From: Eledone cirrhosa
Taxonomy: Eukaryota
Direction of reading: 5' to 3'
Assembly (NCBI GenBank): GCA_964016885.1
Contig: OZ024747.1
Coordinates: 87,730,001 to 87,794,000, forward strand
Length of the DNA: 64,000 bases
Numbering within the stretch: the stretch's first letter is position 1; each line of letters starts with the position of its first letter. Under the pieces are notes generated by a model. The model was not told where the DNA came from. It did not search any database and saw only the letters and a program-made list of their open reading frames with translations. Shown piece by piece: positions 13,456 to 26,038 of this stretch. The position numbers and the translations under genes were made by a program.

Positions 13456-13645
13456 AATAATTGTTTCTACTTTAGGCACAAGGCCAGCAATTACCCAGTG
13501 CATTACTGGTACTTTATTTTATCGACCCCGTAAGGATGAAAGGCAAAGTCAACCTCGGCGGGATTTGAACTCAGATCGTAAAGGGACGTAACTATGCTGG
13601 AAAGCATGGCGTCCGACCCTCCACCGATACTGCCAATCCACCGCT
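13456..13645 (-). mobile_element. SINE family A, full length
   Basis: Reverse complement of the family consensus. Confidence 0.85.
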
Positions 13646-14587
13646 ATTACATGTATAATGTTAACTTGTATGAAAGATATAGTATAAGTTAGTTATGAGA
13701 ATATTTTGGTATTGAAAACTTCATCATGATGTGATACAGGAGAGACAACTGCACTGATATGGACATGTTATGCAAACACTGTTGTCAGAGGAGAAAGGGG
13801 GTACCTCTAGAAGAAAGAAACTTAGGAAGATGTGGGAAGAAATATTGAGGTCATATCTCAGGATGTTAGATCTCATGAGATGAAGTGATAAAAGATGGTG
13901 ATGAGTGGTAATAGGTTGGCTGTACAGCAGTCTAACCTATGCTGGCATGGAAAAAACAATTATACAAAACATTAAGATGGTGTTGACAGACAAAGATATG
14001 GCTGTGTGGTTAAGGGGTTTGCTTTGCAACCACATGGTTTAAGGTTCACTTCCATTGTGTGGCACCTTAGGCAGATGTGCTATACTATAGCTTCATGTTT
14101 ATCAATGCATTATTGGTGAAATTTGGTAAAGGAAAACTACAAAAGCCTGTTGTGTTTATATATATATGTGTGTGTCCATGTCTGATTATGTTGGTGTCTG
14201 ATTATGTCCTGTAAGTTTGACAAAAAGGAGATTGATAAAATAAGTACCAGACTTGAAAAATTAATTACTAGGGTCGATATGATTGTTTAAATCTTTTTAA
14301 GGCAAGAGCTTCGCAGTCTAAATACTAGTAAAAGAATAAAACAATATCTGTACATTCATACTGGCAGACATATTCCTACCCAAACATTCATCCATATGTG
14401 TGTGTGTGTAATTAACCTGTATAGCATCAAGTATTATCAGTGTTTAAATACAGATGCATACATTAGGATGATTGATATACAGTACTTTTCCATGTATCTT
14501 GATATTACACCAGTTTATTCATCCAGGACATTGTCACTTCCTAACTCTTGACTGATTGCCTGGCTGCACAATATAACTAGCTAAAGT

Positions 14588-14958
14588 ATTGGCAGCATCG
14601 GTAGAGCATCAGACACCATCTTTACAGCATAGAGTTATGACCCTTTATGTTCTGAGTTCAAATCCCGCCGAGGTTAACTTTGCCTTTCATCCTTATGGGG
14701 TCGATAAAATAAAGTACCAGTAATTCTCTGGGATAATTGCTGGCCTTGTGCCAAAAGTAGAAACAATTATTATGAATTGGCAGTATCGGTAGAGGGTCGG
14801 ACGTCATGCTTTCTAGCATAGTTACGTCCCTTTACGGTCTGAATTCAAATCCCGTTGAGGTTAACTTTGCCTTTCATCCTTACGGGGTCAATAAAATAAA
14901 GTACCAGTAATGTACTGGGTAATTGCTGGCCTTGTGCCAAAAGTAGAAACAATTATTA
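14588..14958 (+). mobile_element. Two head-to-tail SINE family A copies
   Basis: Two complete A/B-box plus core units, starting ~14588 and ~14773. Confidence 0.85.
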
Positions 14959-14979
14959 TTATTATTGTTCAATGAAACT

Positions 14980-15240
14980 GGAGTCATCTTAGATCAGTGA
15001 TCCCAGAAACATCATCATGTGTAGAGCTAACCGGGTCCACCCAGTACCCTCCATCTCTGGCAGTCACATGCCAGCCCCTCTGCACCCTCCAAGGTGACAT
15101 TGAGCCTCTGGAGATATTCCTTGATGACATCCAGCCATCTGGTATGGGGCCCCTTCCAGCCTGTAGCTGCTGCATCAAATGAGAATAAGGCTCTGGTAGG
15201 TTGATCTGATGGCAAGCAGAGGACATGTCCATACCAAAAC
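14980..15240 (-). mobile_element. RTE LINE 3' fragment, distinct subfamily
   Basis: WYGHVL...GPHTRWLDVIKEYLQRL...RWR. Confidence 0.7.
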
Positions 15241-15659
15241 ATGCTTTTAAGTAGGAGAATCCAATTTTTTGTGATATTGTGGTGGGGCATGAAGAAAAGA
15301 TGGTTTAAGAATGACTGATCTAGTACATGATGTAGTTAGAGTTGTTACTGATAAACTTGCAATTTCTGAAGTGTTCACAAAATCTATGATATTTCAATAA
15401 AATACACACACATAATATAGTGATGTCACATGCAAAAATATTTGCATAGTTCACACATTAGGCAGCTTGGGTGTTATGTTGATGTTATTTCAAGATTGGG
15501 GGGTAGGGGGAGATAAATCAAACAGTTTCTTTTAATTATCTCTATTTATTTGTATTCCACTGGAATGGGGGCTTTTCTCCAGTGAATAAATAATGTAAAG
15601 GTCTTGCTGTTCTGGTCAAAGATGTTAAATTTATTAGAAATATGCATATAGATGGTCTG

Positions 15660-15692
<33 letters not shown>

Positions 15693-16008
15693 GTTTTGCT
15701 TTCAAGTCTTGCTTAGGCTATTTTTCTTTGCTAGTATTCAGTATTTGATGGAATTTCTCCACCCACAGTAGAATGAAAGGAAATAAAATGTAATAAAATA
15801 ACAACAATAATAATAATAGAGAAAGAGAATGAAAATATAGATAATAAAATAAAACAAAACAACTGCTCAGAAAAGAACAAACAAGCAAAAAAACTGACTG
15901 ATATCTGGTTTATGATGAAATATCTTGTGTGAAATAATTTGGATGAAAGAAACATGGTGATGGTGGTGTGGTACAGGTCAAAAGGTTAGGTAGTTAAGAG
16001 CTTGGTAG

Positions 16009-16031
16009 TTAGAAACTATCCAGGTGGATAT
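16009..16031 (-). CDS. Candidate terminal micro-exon (D)IHLDSF*
   Basis: tttttacag| after a pyrimidine-rich stretch of over 200 nt on the minus strand. Confidence 0.35.
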
Positions 16032-19000
16032 CTGTAAAAATCATTCTTGTAAATATTTAATGAAAGAAAGGAAGGCAGAAACTATCTCTGCAAAGGAAGG
16101 AATGTAGGTTAGGTAGATAGGTAAGGTAGGTAGGTGTATAGGTAAAGGGGCAGGCTGGAAAGAAAGAACAAAGTGAAAAGAGAAATAGAAAAGAAAAAGA
16201 AAAATAGGGAAAATTTAGCTTGGAATATAAAAAAAGATTCAAATAAAGGAAGACCAACCAACAAACAAACAAAAAAGACAAATCTATATTATTTGGAATG
16301 ATTCAGAGTCCAATCATTATTTGCTCATTGGTAGCCGTCTTAAAGGTGAATAGATAATGTATAGTGGTTATTTGGTTTAATGCTTAATGGTCAGCCCAAT
16401 TCCATTACAGTTCACAGCAGATCACATGCAGGTCATATCACAACTCAACAAAATACAACCACAAGACAAATCTCTGTCTCACACATAAACCATATATTCA
16501 CAAAGAACCAACAGATACACATACTTACACAACATATACTACATACACAAAATATCCAACACACACACACATACACATGTACAATACACGCAGTCACACA
16601 TACATAAACCACAAGTACAAACACACATACATACATACATATATATCCATCCATACATACATACACTACATGTACAATACCCACAAACAAACATACAACA
16701 CATTTACAATACACACACTGCATGTACAATACCCACATACCCTCCCATATACACTACATGTACATACATCTATAGTCACCACAATGAACACAAAACACTG
16801 ATGTAAACTTGACATTTGCTTCTCAGGCAGAAATTTAAGAATCTGGTTATGTTGTTATTGTAAAAGGAAAACATTTTTAGACATTTTGGATGAGGGGAGA
16901 GATATAGTTGATGGTGCTGATAGAGAAGGTAGGGCTTGTGTATGGGAGTGTTATAGATATGGTATGTGGCTTGGTGTTGTTAATTGTAAAGGTAGAAGGT
17001 AGGGAGGTGATAATGAAGGTGGATAATAGTGAAGGTAATGATGTGAGGATACTACTGATAATGTGAAGTTGTTGATAGCAAAAGTGGTGGTATGTAGATA
17101 TTGATAGACACAGGTATGACTATGTGATTAAGGAGTTCACTTTCAACCACATCCTTTTGTCATGTTCAGCCCTACTGTGTGACAACATGGGCAAGTGTCT
17201 TCTACAATAAGCTTCAGTTGACCAGCCTTGAGGATGCTTTCAATATGATGCATTGTAAAAAGATTGTATCACACAAGCTAAAAAAAAATAGGATATATGA
17301 AACAGTGTAGTCCCTAGGTACACTTGAAAAGATATGAGTAAATCTGATAATAGTTCTGTTTGATCAGTTTTTGACCCAAGGTCTAAACGAAAAAAAAAAC
17401 ATTCTGTTGATATATTACAGAAATTTGAAGACATCAATTGTACATATAAAAATGAAAATGGAAAGGAGCTGAGTGTCAGATCAGACCAAGGAAACCATAT
17501 TTCCATTAGTCTTTCCATTGCTGATACTATCTATCAGTAACAACTCCTGGCAGAAGTGTCAACATTTGACAGGTGGGATTTGAATGCAAAATGCATATAA
17601 GCAGAACAGATACCACAAAAGCATCCCATTCTCCTCTTTAACCATTCTATCAATCCACTGCCCCTGAACTGGTACTTTATCAATCATTGGGTGGAATTTG
17701 AATTCAGAATGTAGAGAGCCGAAACCAACAACAAGGCCTCTAACAACCCTGACAAATCGCTTTATATCATCTTTCAACCAGTCTAGCTTTAGACCATGAT
17801 AACCCATTTAACCTCTGCCATTTTGGGATGTGGATGCAAAATGATGATGCATTCATATGTGTGTGTGTGCACATGCATGAGTGCATGTGTATGTCAGTAA
17901 AAAGAATCATACATTGTCTGATTAAGGAAATAACATATTCAATGGATGATATAAAATATTGACATGGTTTTCAAAGGGTAAGAGTGTTGTGTATTTTTAC
18001 TTTTATAGATAATTCAATTTGTCTGTATGCTTTTCCCATTTCTTTTCTTTTGAGCAAATTTCAATTGTAACATTATTGATTTTGGCAAGTTGGAAACGAC
18101 ATATTATTAATAATGGCTGAATTTAAAAAATCTGATGGCCATCCAAATTCACTATATCATTGTTTAGAAAAAGAATATTGAGTGACCTCAGCTTCAACTG
18201 GTTCAACGAACAATAATGAGTACAGCACACTACACATTGTGTGTGGTTACTGCCTGAAGCCAAAAGCTGAAATGGCGTATTGCAGAAGAATTAGATCTAT
18301 TACATTACAAGCCAAGGTCATGTTGTTTTGTCGACTCTTCATTCAAATACAACTGGGCTGTGTCTGTTGAGAGAAGGTGGGTCAATATTTGGGAATTCAC
18401 TTGAAATATATTCAGGAAGTAGAACAAACACTATAACAAAAGATTTAATTGCTATTTGGGGCCTATTAATGAACACACAAACAAACAAAGGACAATTTTA
18501 ATAAAAATAAAGAATACTACCATATTCATTATATTATTGCAGGCTATCTATTTTAGTACAATCAAGAATTATTGATAGTCGTGAAGAAGAATAGTTTTCA
18601 TGTTCAGATAACAAATTATCATTTATACTAGGTTTAACTTCATAAAAATGAAAGCTACATGATATTAAAAATCAACACATTTGTTGTCGTTGATTAGCCC
18701 CAAGTGAGCATTGATTGGGTAGAGCTATGATCAAAATTATTCCACCGATGACCAGCTTATAGTTTTTCAGACATGCTATATATATTAGACAACATTATGC
18801 AATGTGTCCTTTTATTGTTAAAATGAGGAAGATTTGGCAGCTATTTCTCGCAGAGCAAAAATTCACACAAAGCTGTTGATTAACTTTTACTGTTGTTTAG
18901 TTCCAGGTCAATCATTATATCTATTAAACAATCCTAGCATAATTTGATTACAAAATATACTGCACTAAAAATTGGTACTATAAAATATCTAGTTTAGTAC

Positions 19001-19972
19001 TATAGTCATACAATCAATAAATATTAGCAAAATAGCTGGAAATCATTTAAATTGTGCATTTAAAATGTAGAGAGAGCTATTATAAAAGAAATCTCATTGT
19101 CTGGGTGAACTAGTTAGTACTGGAAAGCAGCCAAATGACTGATCTATATTTGTTAGATGTTCATGGAGGTTCTGTCATTGACATTTCTTATGCACACCAG
19201 ATTCTGTTCTTGTTGATAACAAATAGTTTCTCACTCTAGCATATGATTGTTCTTATAGTTATGATATTAATGGAGGGCAACAACTATATGAAGAATTGTA
19301 AGTAAATAAATGTAGCGTAGAGGTAAAGGGAATATGAGGAAAACCCCTATGAAGTCCATCATCTTACATCTGTTTACTATGCTGGCATGGGTCTCATGAG
19401 TTGTTATGGTCTGAGATTAAATAGCCTTTGTAATACCAACCACTTTACAGGGTGTACAGGGTTCATTTTATTATTTGTAATAATCTCATTTCCCCCATTT
19501 TATATTCAAACACAGTATATCTGAAGCTACAGCCAATTCCGACCAGACTACTCTCTTGACGCTGACGGCCCGTCTAACCCATGTAAACATGGAAAATGAA
19601 CATTAAACGGTGATGATGATGATGATACATATATATATATATATATATTCAAAAAATAATATATATATATATCATCATCATCATCATTTTACGTCCGCTT
19701 TTCCCTGCTGGGACAGGAACTGATTCTGGCTTGATTTCTACAGCTGGTGACTGCTGGAAAGCTGCCATTACTCATACTTCTCGCCTCCTTCACCACCTCT
19801 TCTACGACTTCGATATAAATACCCCCTCCGCCTCCGTGGTATTTTCTTCGGGGTTATAAGAGGCTTAGCTCTGTTTCTCGACCGTTATATCGCGTGACTA
19901 TCTCCCCCTCCGCCTTTTGGGATTCTTTCTCACGTCGTGTAGACGCGTTCTTGAAGCTAGTAAAATGAGGTA

Positions 19973-20062
19973 TCCTCTTGATAAGTCGGCAGACCTCGCA
20001 AGGACTCTATATCTTTATGATGTATTGTTTTTGTTTATGCCACGAAACTATGTAGTCGAGGA
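19973..20062 (+). ncRNA. Type I hammerhead ribozyme, U3-A8 core, copy 1; predicted cleavage after 20057
   Basis: Stem I TCCTC/GAGGA; core TTGATAA; stem II GT(c)GGCA/TGCCAC; GAAA; stem III CTATGTAG; GTC triplet. Confidence 0.8.
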
Positions 20063-20565
20063 ATCTAGGAGCAGTTTAGGTATGATACATTTTATTACTA
20101 ATTATATCTAAATGTTTCTTCTCTCTTCATAATGTATTTTTAACTCTGATACTGGTTCAGTCTAATTCAACCGGATTGGTCTGTCCCAGTCATTCATTGA
20201 GCAACATCGGTAAGGTTGGCACCATTAACTCACGGTTGGGTGTGGATGCATTCATGTATATGCGTGTGTCCGCATGTATCTGTGTGTTTCTAAATATATT
20301 GTTCATAACTCCCTCTGGTCGAGTAATCTTTGAAGTGTGGTGACTGCTGGAAAGCTGCCATTACTCATACTTCTCGCCTCCTTCACCACCTCTTCTACGG
20401 CTTCGATATAAATACCCCCTCCACCTCCGTGGTATTTTCTTCGGGGTTATAAGAGGCTTAGCTCTGTTTCTCGACCGTTATATCGCGTGACTATCTCCCC
20501 CTCCGCCTTTTGGGATTCTTTCTCACGTCGTGTAGACGCGTTCTTGAAGCTAGTAAAATGAGGTA

Positions 20566-20655
20566 TCCTCTTGATAAGTCGGCAGACCTCGCAAGGACTC
20601 TATATCTTTATGATGTATTGTTTTTGTTTATGCCACGAAACTACGTAGTCGAGGA
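20566..20655 (+). ncRNA. Type I hammerhead ribozyme, U3-A8 core, copy 2; predicted cleavage after 20650
   Basis: As copy 1, with a perfectly palindromic ACTACGTAGT stem III. Confidence 0.85.
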
Positions 20656-20724
20656 ATCTAGGAGCAGTTTAGGTATGATACATTTTATTACTAATTATAT
20701 CTAAATGTTTCTTCTCTCTTCATA

Positions 20725-20778
<54 letters not shown>

Positions 20779-21206
20779 ATATATATATATATTTAAAAAA
20801 TAATAATATATATATATTAAAAAAATAATCTCATAAGCAAGTCACAATACCATTGTCAGAATTCTAGAAATAACCACAAATAATCTTCATCCCCAAAATA
20901 CCATCTTGATGTAAGCACTACAAGCTTTACTCTCATTAAAGTGAGGGAAGCTTTAAATATTTGCTTCTGCATTCTTTTTATATTTGAATTCATATGTGAC
21001 TGACTATATGAAAATATGACAATTCAATCAGCCTGTATGTAGTTTTATCAGTATGTGGACCTAGTTAGAGTGAAGTGGAATGGGTGGTCTGGTTGAAATA
21101 GTTGAAATAGATTCCATATTGCCAATAATGGAATCTGTAAATAATAATAAAATAAAAATCACAAAAATATGTATCTTAAAATAAAAATATAAAAATAAGG
21201 CAGAGT

Positions 21207-21325
21207 CTAGTAAGATAATTTTGAGGTTATGCATTGCATTGCATACAAGAGAACATCAATATAATGTCTAGACAGACGACTTTGTCTCAGCAACCAAAAA
21301 TATGTTCTGCAGCTGATATAGCAGC
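21207..21325 (-). CDS. Candidate terminal exon, frame uncertain (GCYISCRTYFW...KLSY*, AAISAAEHIFGC* or LLYQLQNIFLVAETKSSV*)
   Basis: Strong acceptor tttcttcttctctctcctgtggtag|. Confidence 0.35.
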
Positions 21326-22029
21326 CTACCACAGGAGAGAGAAGAAGAAATAAATTCACATCCTCACTCACTGCTAACATCACAATCACCTTCATTACAA
21401 CAAAACAAAGGTAAAAAATGAACATAGTAAATAACAAACTTGACAAGTAGTAGTAGTAGTAGTAGTAGTAGCAGCAGTAACAGCAGCAGCAGTATATGTT
21501 GTATTCAATGAACATTATTTCAGTTCATTCAGAAATTTGTGGCATTACATTTGCAGCCGAAGACTTCAGCAAAATACATTAAGACTTCGTTACAGCTACA
21601 TATTTAGACCATGCCGCTATGATAGTAATCATGTTACAGCTTTATGTTAGCAGCATTTGAGCTTCTATCTGGTTTACAAATTAGCGTTATATAGTTAACA
21701 TCTATATTCCTGTTAACCCTATTCATACAAAACTACCTGAAACTGCCCTTGGTTCTATGAGAAAAAACTGTTTTACAATGTATATATTTATCTAAAAACC
21801 TTCCATCATAATTTTATGTAGAACCTTAGTTTGTTTATTCTCAAAACACCAGTTTAATGACAACAAAGTTAGTTATATTACAAAATCATTCCAAATTCTT
21901 GATTATTTTCAAAATTATTTTCAAAATTATAGGCAGTGTCTTCTATTTGAAATATGATGTTAAAATATCAGTGTATTACAGTGTAATGTTTCTGCTGAGT
22001 GGGAGTAAAGAGACATGTTATTGTTAATG

Positions 22030-22565
22030 TTAGTATTAATGGTCCTGTAATTACTTAGTATTAGTATTAACAGTCATGTAACTATTTAGTGTTAAAGTCC
22101 CAAACTACTTAGTATTAGTATTAACAGTCATGTAACTATTTAGTGCGAGTATTAACAATCATGTAACTATTTAGTGCTAGTACTAATAGTCATGTTACTA
22201 TTTAATGCTAGATTTAACAGTCCTGTAACTATTTAGTATTAGTATTAACAATCATGTAACTATTTAGTGCTAGTATTAACAGTCATGTAACTATTTAGTG
22301 CTAGTATTAACAGTTACGTTACTATTTAGTGCTAGTATTAACAGTTACGTTACTATTTAGTGCTAGTATTAACAGTTACGTTACTATTTAGTGCTAGTAT
22401 TAACAGTTACATTACTATTTAGTGCTAGTATTAACAGTCATGTAACTACTTAATGTTAACAGCCCTAAACTACTTAGTATTAGTTTTAAACTATTTAGTG
22501 CTAGTATTATCAGTCACGTTACTATTTAGTGCTAGTAGTAACAGTCACACATATGTTTAGTGTAC
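22030..22565. repeat. Minisatellite, 31-bp unit, about 16 degenerate copies
   Basis: ACTATTTAGTGCTAGTATTAACAGT(TAC/CAT)GT(T/A); unit starts at 22321, 22352 and 22383. Confidence 0.9.
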
Positions 22566-22779
22566 ACATTAGCAGTCATTTACTGATTTGTCTAAATGTG
22601 TCTCGTTAGTAATTACTTTCTATTGTCAATCTTAGAAAAAGAAGGCTGATAGATTGGCAGAATCAATAAAACATCAAATAAAATGTCTTGTGGTATTTTG
22701 TGATGAGTCTTTAGTTTCTGAGCACAAATGCTGCCAGGGCAGATCTTACCTTTTTTACTTCTAATATTAATAAAATTCA

Positions 22780-23318
22780 GGGCAGTGAATTGACAGAATT
22801 GGTGGAGCATCGGATAATGCTTTACGGCATAGAGTTACAGCCCTTTACAATCTCAGTTCAAATCTCAGTTCACTGAGGTTAGCATTGCTTTTCATCCTCA
22901 CGGGGGTCAATAAAATAAAGCACTAGTAATGCATTGGAGTCTATTTAGTCAACTTTCCCCTCCACCAAGATTGTTGGCCCTGTGCCTAAATCAGAAACCA
23001 ATATTAATAAAATACGTAAACCTGTCTCCTGATTCAGTTTATTTTCAATAACATCAATACTAATAATTGTTTCTACTTTAGGCACAAGGCCAGCAATTAC
23101 TCAGTGCATTACTGGTACTTTATTTTATCGACCCTGTAAGGATGAAAGGCAAAGTCAACCTCGGCGGGATTTGAACTCAGATCGTAAAGGGACGTAACTA
23201 TGCTGGAAAGTACGGCGTCCGACCCTCTACCGATACTGCCAATTCACCCACCAATACTAATAATTGTTTCTACTTTAGGCACAAGGCCACCAATTACCCA
23301 GTGCATTACTGGTACTTA
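22780..23318. mobile_element. SINE family A cluster: + copy ~22780-23000, - copy ~23062-23252, - tail fragment ~23260-23318
   Basis: Consensus matches; the opposed copies are ~60 bp apart. Confidence 0.8.
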
Positions 23319-23891
23319 ATGCTATTTAATACTAATGTCAATAACAAGACTTAATCACAAACTCATAATGTGAACACTGAGAAAAATATTAATATTGACC
23401 TGAGCAAGAGCAGTGACACAAACTTGAAAAGTAATACAAACAACAACTTGTTTATACTAACACTTCACAATAGCAGAAATTTTTATACCAATTTTTTTAT
23501 ATTGATATGAAACCTTCCCCTGCTCTTTCTAATTTTGGCACAAGGCTACATATTTTGAGAGTATCCAGATTTCCATGCTTGTATGTATGGGTTGGACAAG
23601 AGAGGTGTATCTGAGGTGGAAAGTGGGGGGGGGGGGGTGAAGGAGGATGTGGTGCATGTATGGAGGATGGGGATTGGAGAGGTAGGTCTAAGGTGGGATA
23701 CTTAGCTGGTGAAGGGTGGAGTGTTAAGACATGGGAGGTGTATGGAAGGGTGGGGGAGAGAAGTGGTGCATACTAGTGCCCTCTAGATGTTTACTTCATC
23801 CCATGCATAACGCCAGAGATCTTGATTTTGTGTCATCACCTTTGAGAGGTTTAATTGTGTGAGGTCAGCTTTTATCACTTCTTTTATATAT

Positions 23892-25992
23892 ATCATCATC
23901 ATCATCATCAACGTTTACCGTCTGTGTTCCACGCTTGCATGGGTTTGGACGGGGGTAGTCCCACTTGAGGCAAGAGTGATTTTCTTGCTCGCATAGGACT
24001 GTCTGGCAGGTTTTCTACAGTTGGATGCCCTTCCTAACACCAACCACATTTACAGTGTGGGTCTGGGAGGTTTTTACCGTGTTGCCTACACGGCCACATT
24101 ACAGCGTGGACTGTGTGTTTTTTTGTCGTGACACCTACACGATCTCATTTGTTTCGGCCTGGATGGCGCGGCACCAACATAACTTTACATAGAACGGGGT
24201 GGTGTGGATGGGGTGGGGGTGGTGGTGGTGGGACGGGGTGTATTTTGTTAGAGATGCCTACTGGCAAGGCGGGTCTTCTCTATTACTCAGTACCGCCAAA
24301 GGTCTCGGTCCAGTGACATTGTCTTGGTGAGGTGTAAGTGTGTGAGGTCGGAGTTTATCAGCTCGTCCCAGGTTTTTCTGGGTCTGCCTATTCCGTGGCT
24401 ACCGTCTATCTTTATTGCCCTGCACTTTGTTATACAGCTATCATCCTTCATGCGCATCACGTGACCATACCAACGTAGCCTTCTCTCTAGTAAACAACAT
24501 CTGATCCCTCTTATTTCTAATTTTTTCCTTAGTTCGTTTATGCTTTGTCGTTCACGTATATTACTATTACACATCCAGCGGAGCATGCAAGCTTCGTTTC
24601 TCTCTAGTCTGCGTATATCCTCTGCACACAATGCCCAGGTCTCACTGCCATGCAACATTGCTGTTCGTATGCAGGCATCGTACAGCCTGCCTTTCATTTT
24701 TAGGGAGAACCCTTTAGCGGCTAATAGTGGTATAAGCTCTCTGAACTTTTTCCACCCAGTTCTGACTCTAGCTACTGTACTTTCAGAGCACCCTCCCCCA
24801 CTGCTGATTTTGTCACCCAGGTAACAGAAGCTGTCCACTATTTCTATAGAACCCTCTGCGCAGTTGAAAGAGCTAGTATTTTGTGGGCACTTGCTGCTAC
24901 TTATATCCCCAGAACACCGGCCACATGTAAAATCTATGTTCTTAGTTAGCTTACCTGTGATCCCACTACATCTTTTATGCACCCAAACTTTGCATTTGGG
25001 ACACAAAATGGAATTTCTACCTACGCCTTTCCTACACTCTGCGCATGGCCACTTCCCGGAGGGGACCGCCGCCTTATTTTCTTTCTTACAAACTAGAACT
25101 TTAGTCTTAGCTAGGTTAATTTTAAGGCCTTTTGATTCTAGGCCGTGCTTCCATGTTTGGAATTTCTTCTCTAGCTCGGCCATTGATTCAGCTATGAGCG
25201 TTAGATCATCTGCGTATAGGAGTTCCCATGGGCAGCCGGTCTTGAACTCCACTGTTATAGCCTGGAGGGCAATAATAAATAGTAGGGGGCTAAGAACAGA
25301 GCCCTGATGAACACCAACTTTTACACCAAACTCTTCACTATATTCGTTGTTAATTCTAACCTTGCTAACTGTTTCTTTATACATGGCTTGTATAGCTCTC
25401 ACAAGCCATTCATCAACACCTAGTTTTCTAAGAGCCCACCAGATAATGGAACGGGGGACTCTGTCGAAGGCCTTCTCCAAGTCGACGAAAGCTAAGTATA
25501 GGGGTTTACTTTTAGCTAGGTACTTCTCCTGTAGTTGTCGTACAATGAAAAGAGCGTCTGTGGTACTTTTTCCTGACACAAACCCGAACTGCATTTCATC
25601 TAGATCAATTCGCTCTCTGATTAGTTGCGCTATAACTTTTTCCGTGACCTTCATGACCTGGTCGATTAATTTAATGCCTCTATAGTTACTCCTATCTAGG
25701 GCATCTCCTTTACCCTTATAACAGTTAACGATAATGCTGCTGCGCCAGTCCTTCGGAACAACCCCATTCTGTATGACTTGGTTGACTATCCGGGTGACCA
25801 TGGTGTGTCCCACCGTACCAGATGCCTTCAGCATCTCGGCAACTATTTCCGAAGGCCCAGCCGCCATGCCTGTCTTCATATCTTTGATTGCCTTACTTAT
25901 TATACTACCCTCGACTAACACTGCTGGTCCCTCTATTGGGTCGATGTGGGGGAGACTGTCTTTCTCCCATTTATTCTCCTCATTTAGTAGCC

Positions 25993-25997
<5 letters not shown>
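23892..25997 (-). mobile_element. 5'-truncated young RTE LINE, copy 1: RT, PHD finger, 3' UTR and (TGA)n tail
   Basis: Long open RT frame, 3' UTR shared with copy 2; 5' end abuts (TA)n. Confidence 0.95.
24287..25921 (-). CDS. Non-LTR (RTE) reverse transcriptase fragment with embedded PHD-type zinc finger; endonuclease missing
   Basis: NYRGIKL, QFGF, FVDLEKAFDRV, GVHQGSVLSPLLF, LYADD, YLG, LRWYGHVMR; CAEC-CPKC-HKRC-CGRC. Confidence 0.93.
   Translation of the reverse strand: MLVEGSIISKAIKDMKTGMAAGPSEIVAEMLKASGTVGHTMVTRIVNQVIQNGVVPKDWRSSIIVNCYKGKGDALDRSNYRGIKLIDQVMKVTEKVIAQLIRERIDLDEMQFGFVSGKSTTDALFIVRQLQEKYLAKSKPLYLAFVDLEKAFDRVPRSIIWWALRKLGVDEWLVRAIQAMYKETVSKVRINNEYSEEFGVKVGVHQGSVLSPLLFIIALQAITVEFKTGCPWELLYADDLTLIAESMAELEKKFQTWKHGLESKGLKINLAKTKVLVCKKENKAAVPSGKWPCAECRKGVGRNSILCPKCKVWVHKRCSGITGKLTKNIDFTCGRCSGDISSSKCPQNTSSFNCAEGSIEIVDSFCYLGDKISSGGGCSESTVARVRTGWKKFRELIPLLAAKGFSLKMKGRLYDACIRTAMLHGSETWALCAEDIRRLERNEACMLRWMCNSNIRERQSINELRKKLEIRGIRCCLLERRLRWYGHVMRMKDDSCITKCRAIKIDGSHGIGRPRKTWDELINSDLTHLHLTKTMSLDRDLWRY

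Positions 25998-26033
<36 letters not shown>

Positions 26034-26038
<5 letters not shown>

Larger units (their letters stand above)
19745..20730 (+). mobile_element. Non-coding retrozyme / Penelope pseudo-LTR-like element: 393-bp direct repeats (19745-20137 and 20338-20730) around a 200-bp spacer
   Basis: Only 3 substitutions seen between the repeats; each holds a hammerhead; interrupts a SINE/LINE tail and ends in (TA)n. Confidence 0.85.

Noticed and set aside
19917-20704. Duplicated 64-aa ORF MGFFLTSCRR...
   Set aside because: TTG start and no recognisable domain; identity simply follows from the 393-bp repeat
22030-22565. CRISPR-like regular repeats (also 7671-7781)
   Set aside because: No unique spacers, no cas genes, eukaryotic context
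23600-23770. G-rich tract as a functional G-quadruplex
   Set aside because: Low-complexity G-runs are common here and nothing independent suggests function
24540-26036. Antisense ORFs over the RT (also 35208-36011 and 47527-47976)
   Set aside because: Shadow frames of the RTE coding strand
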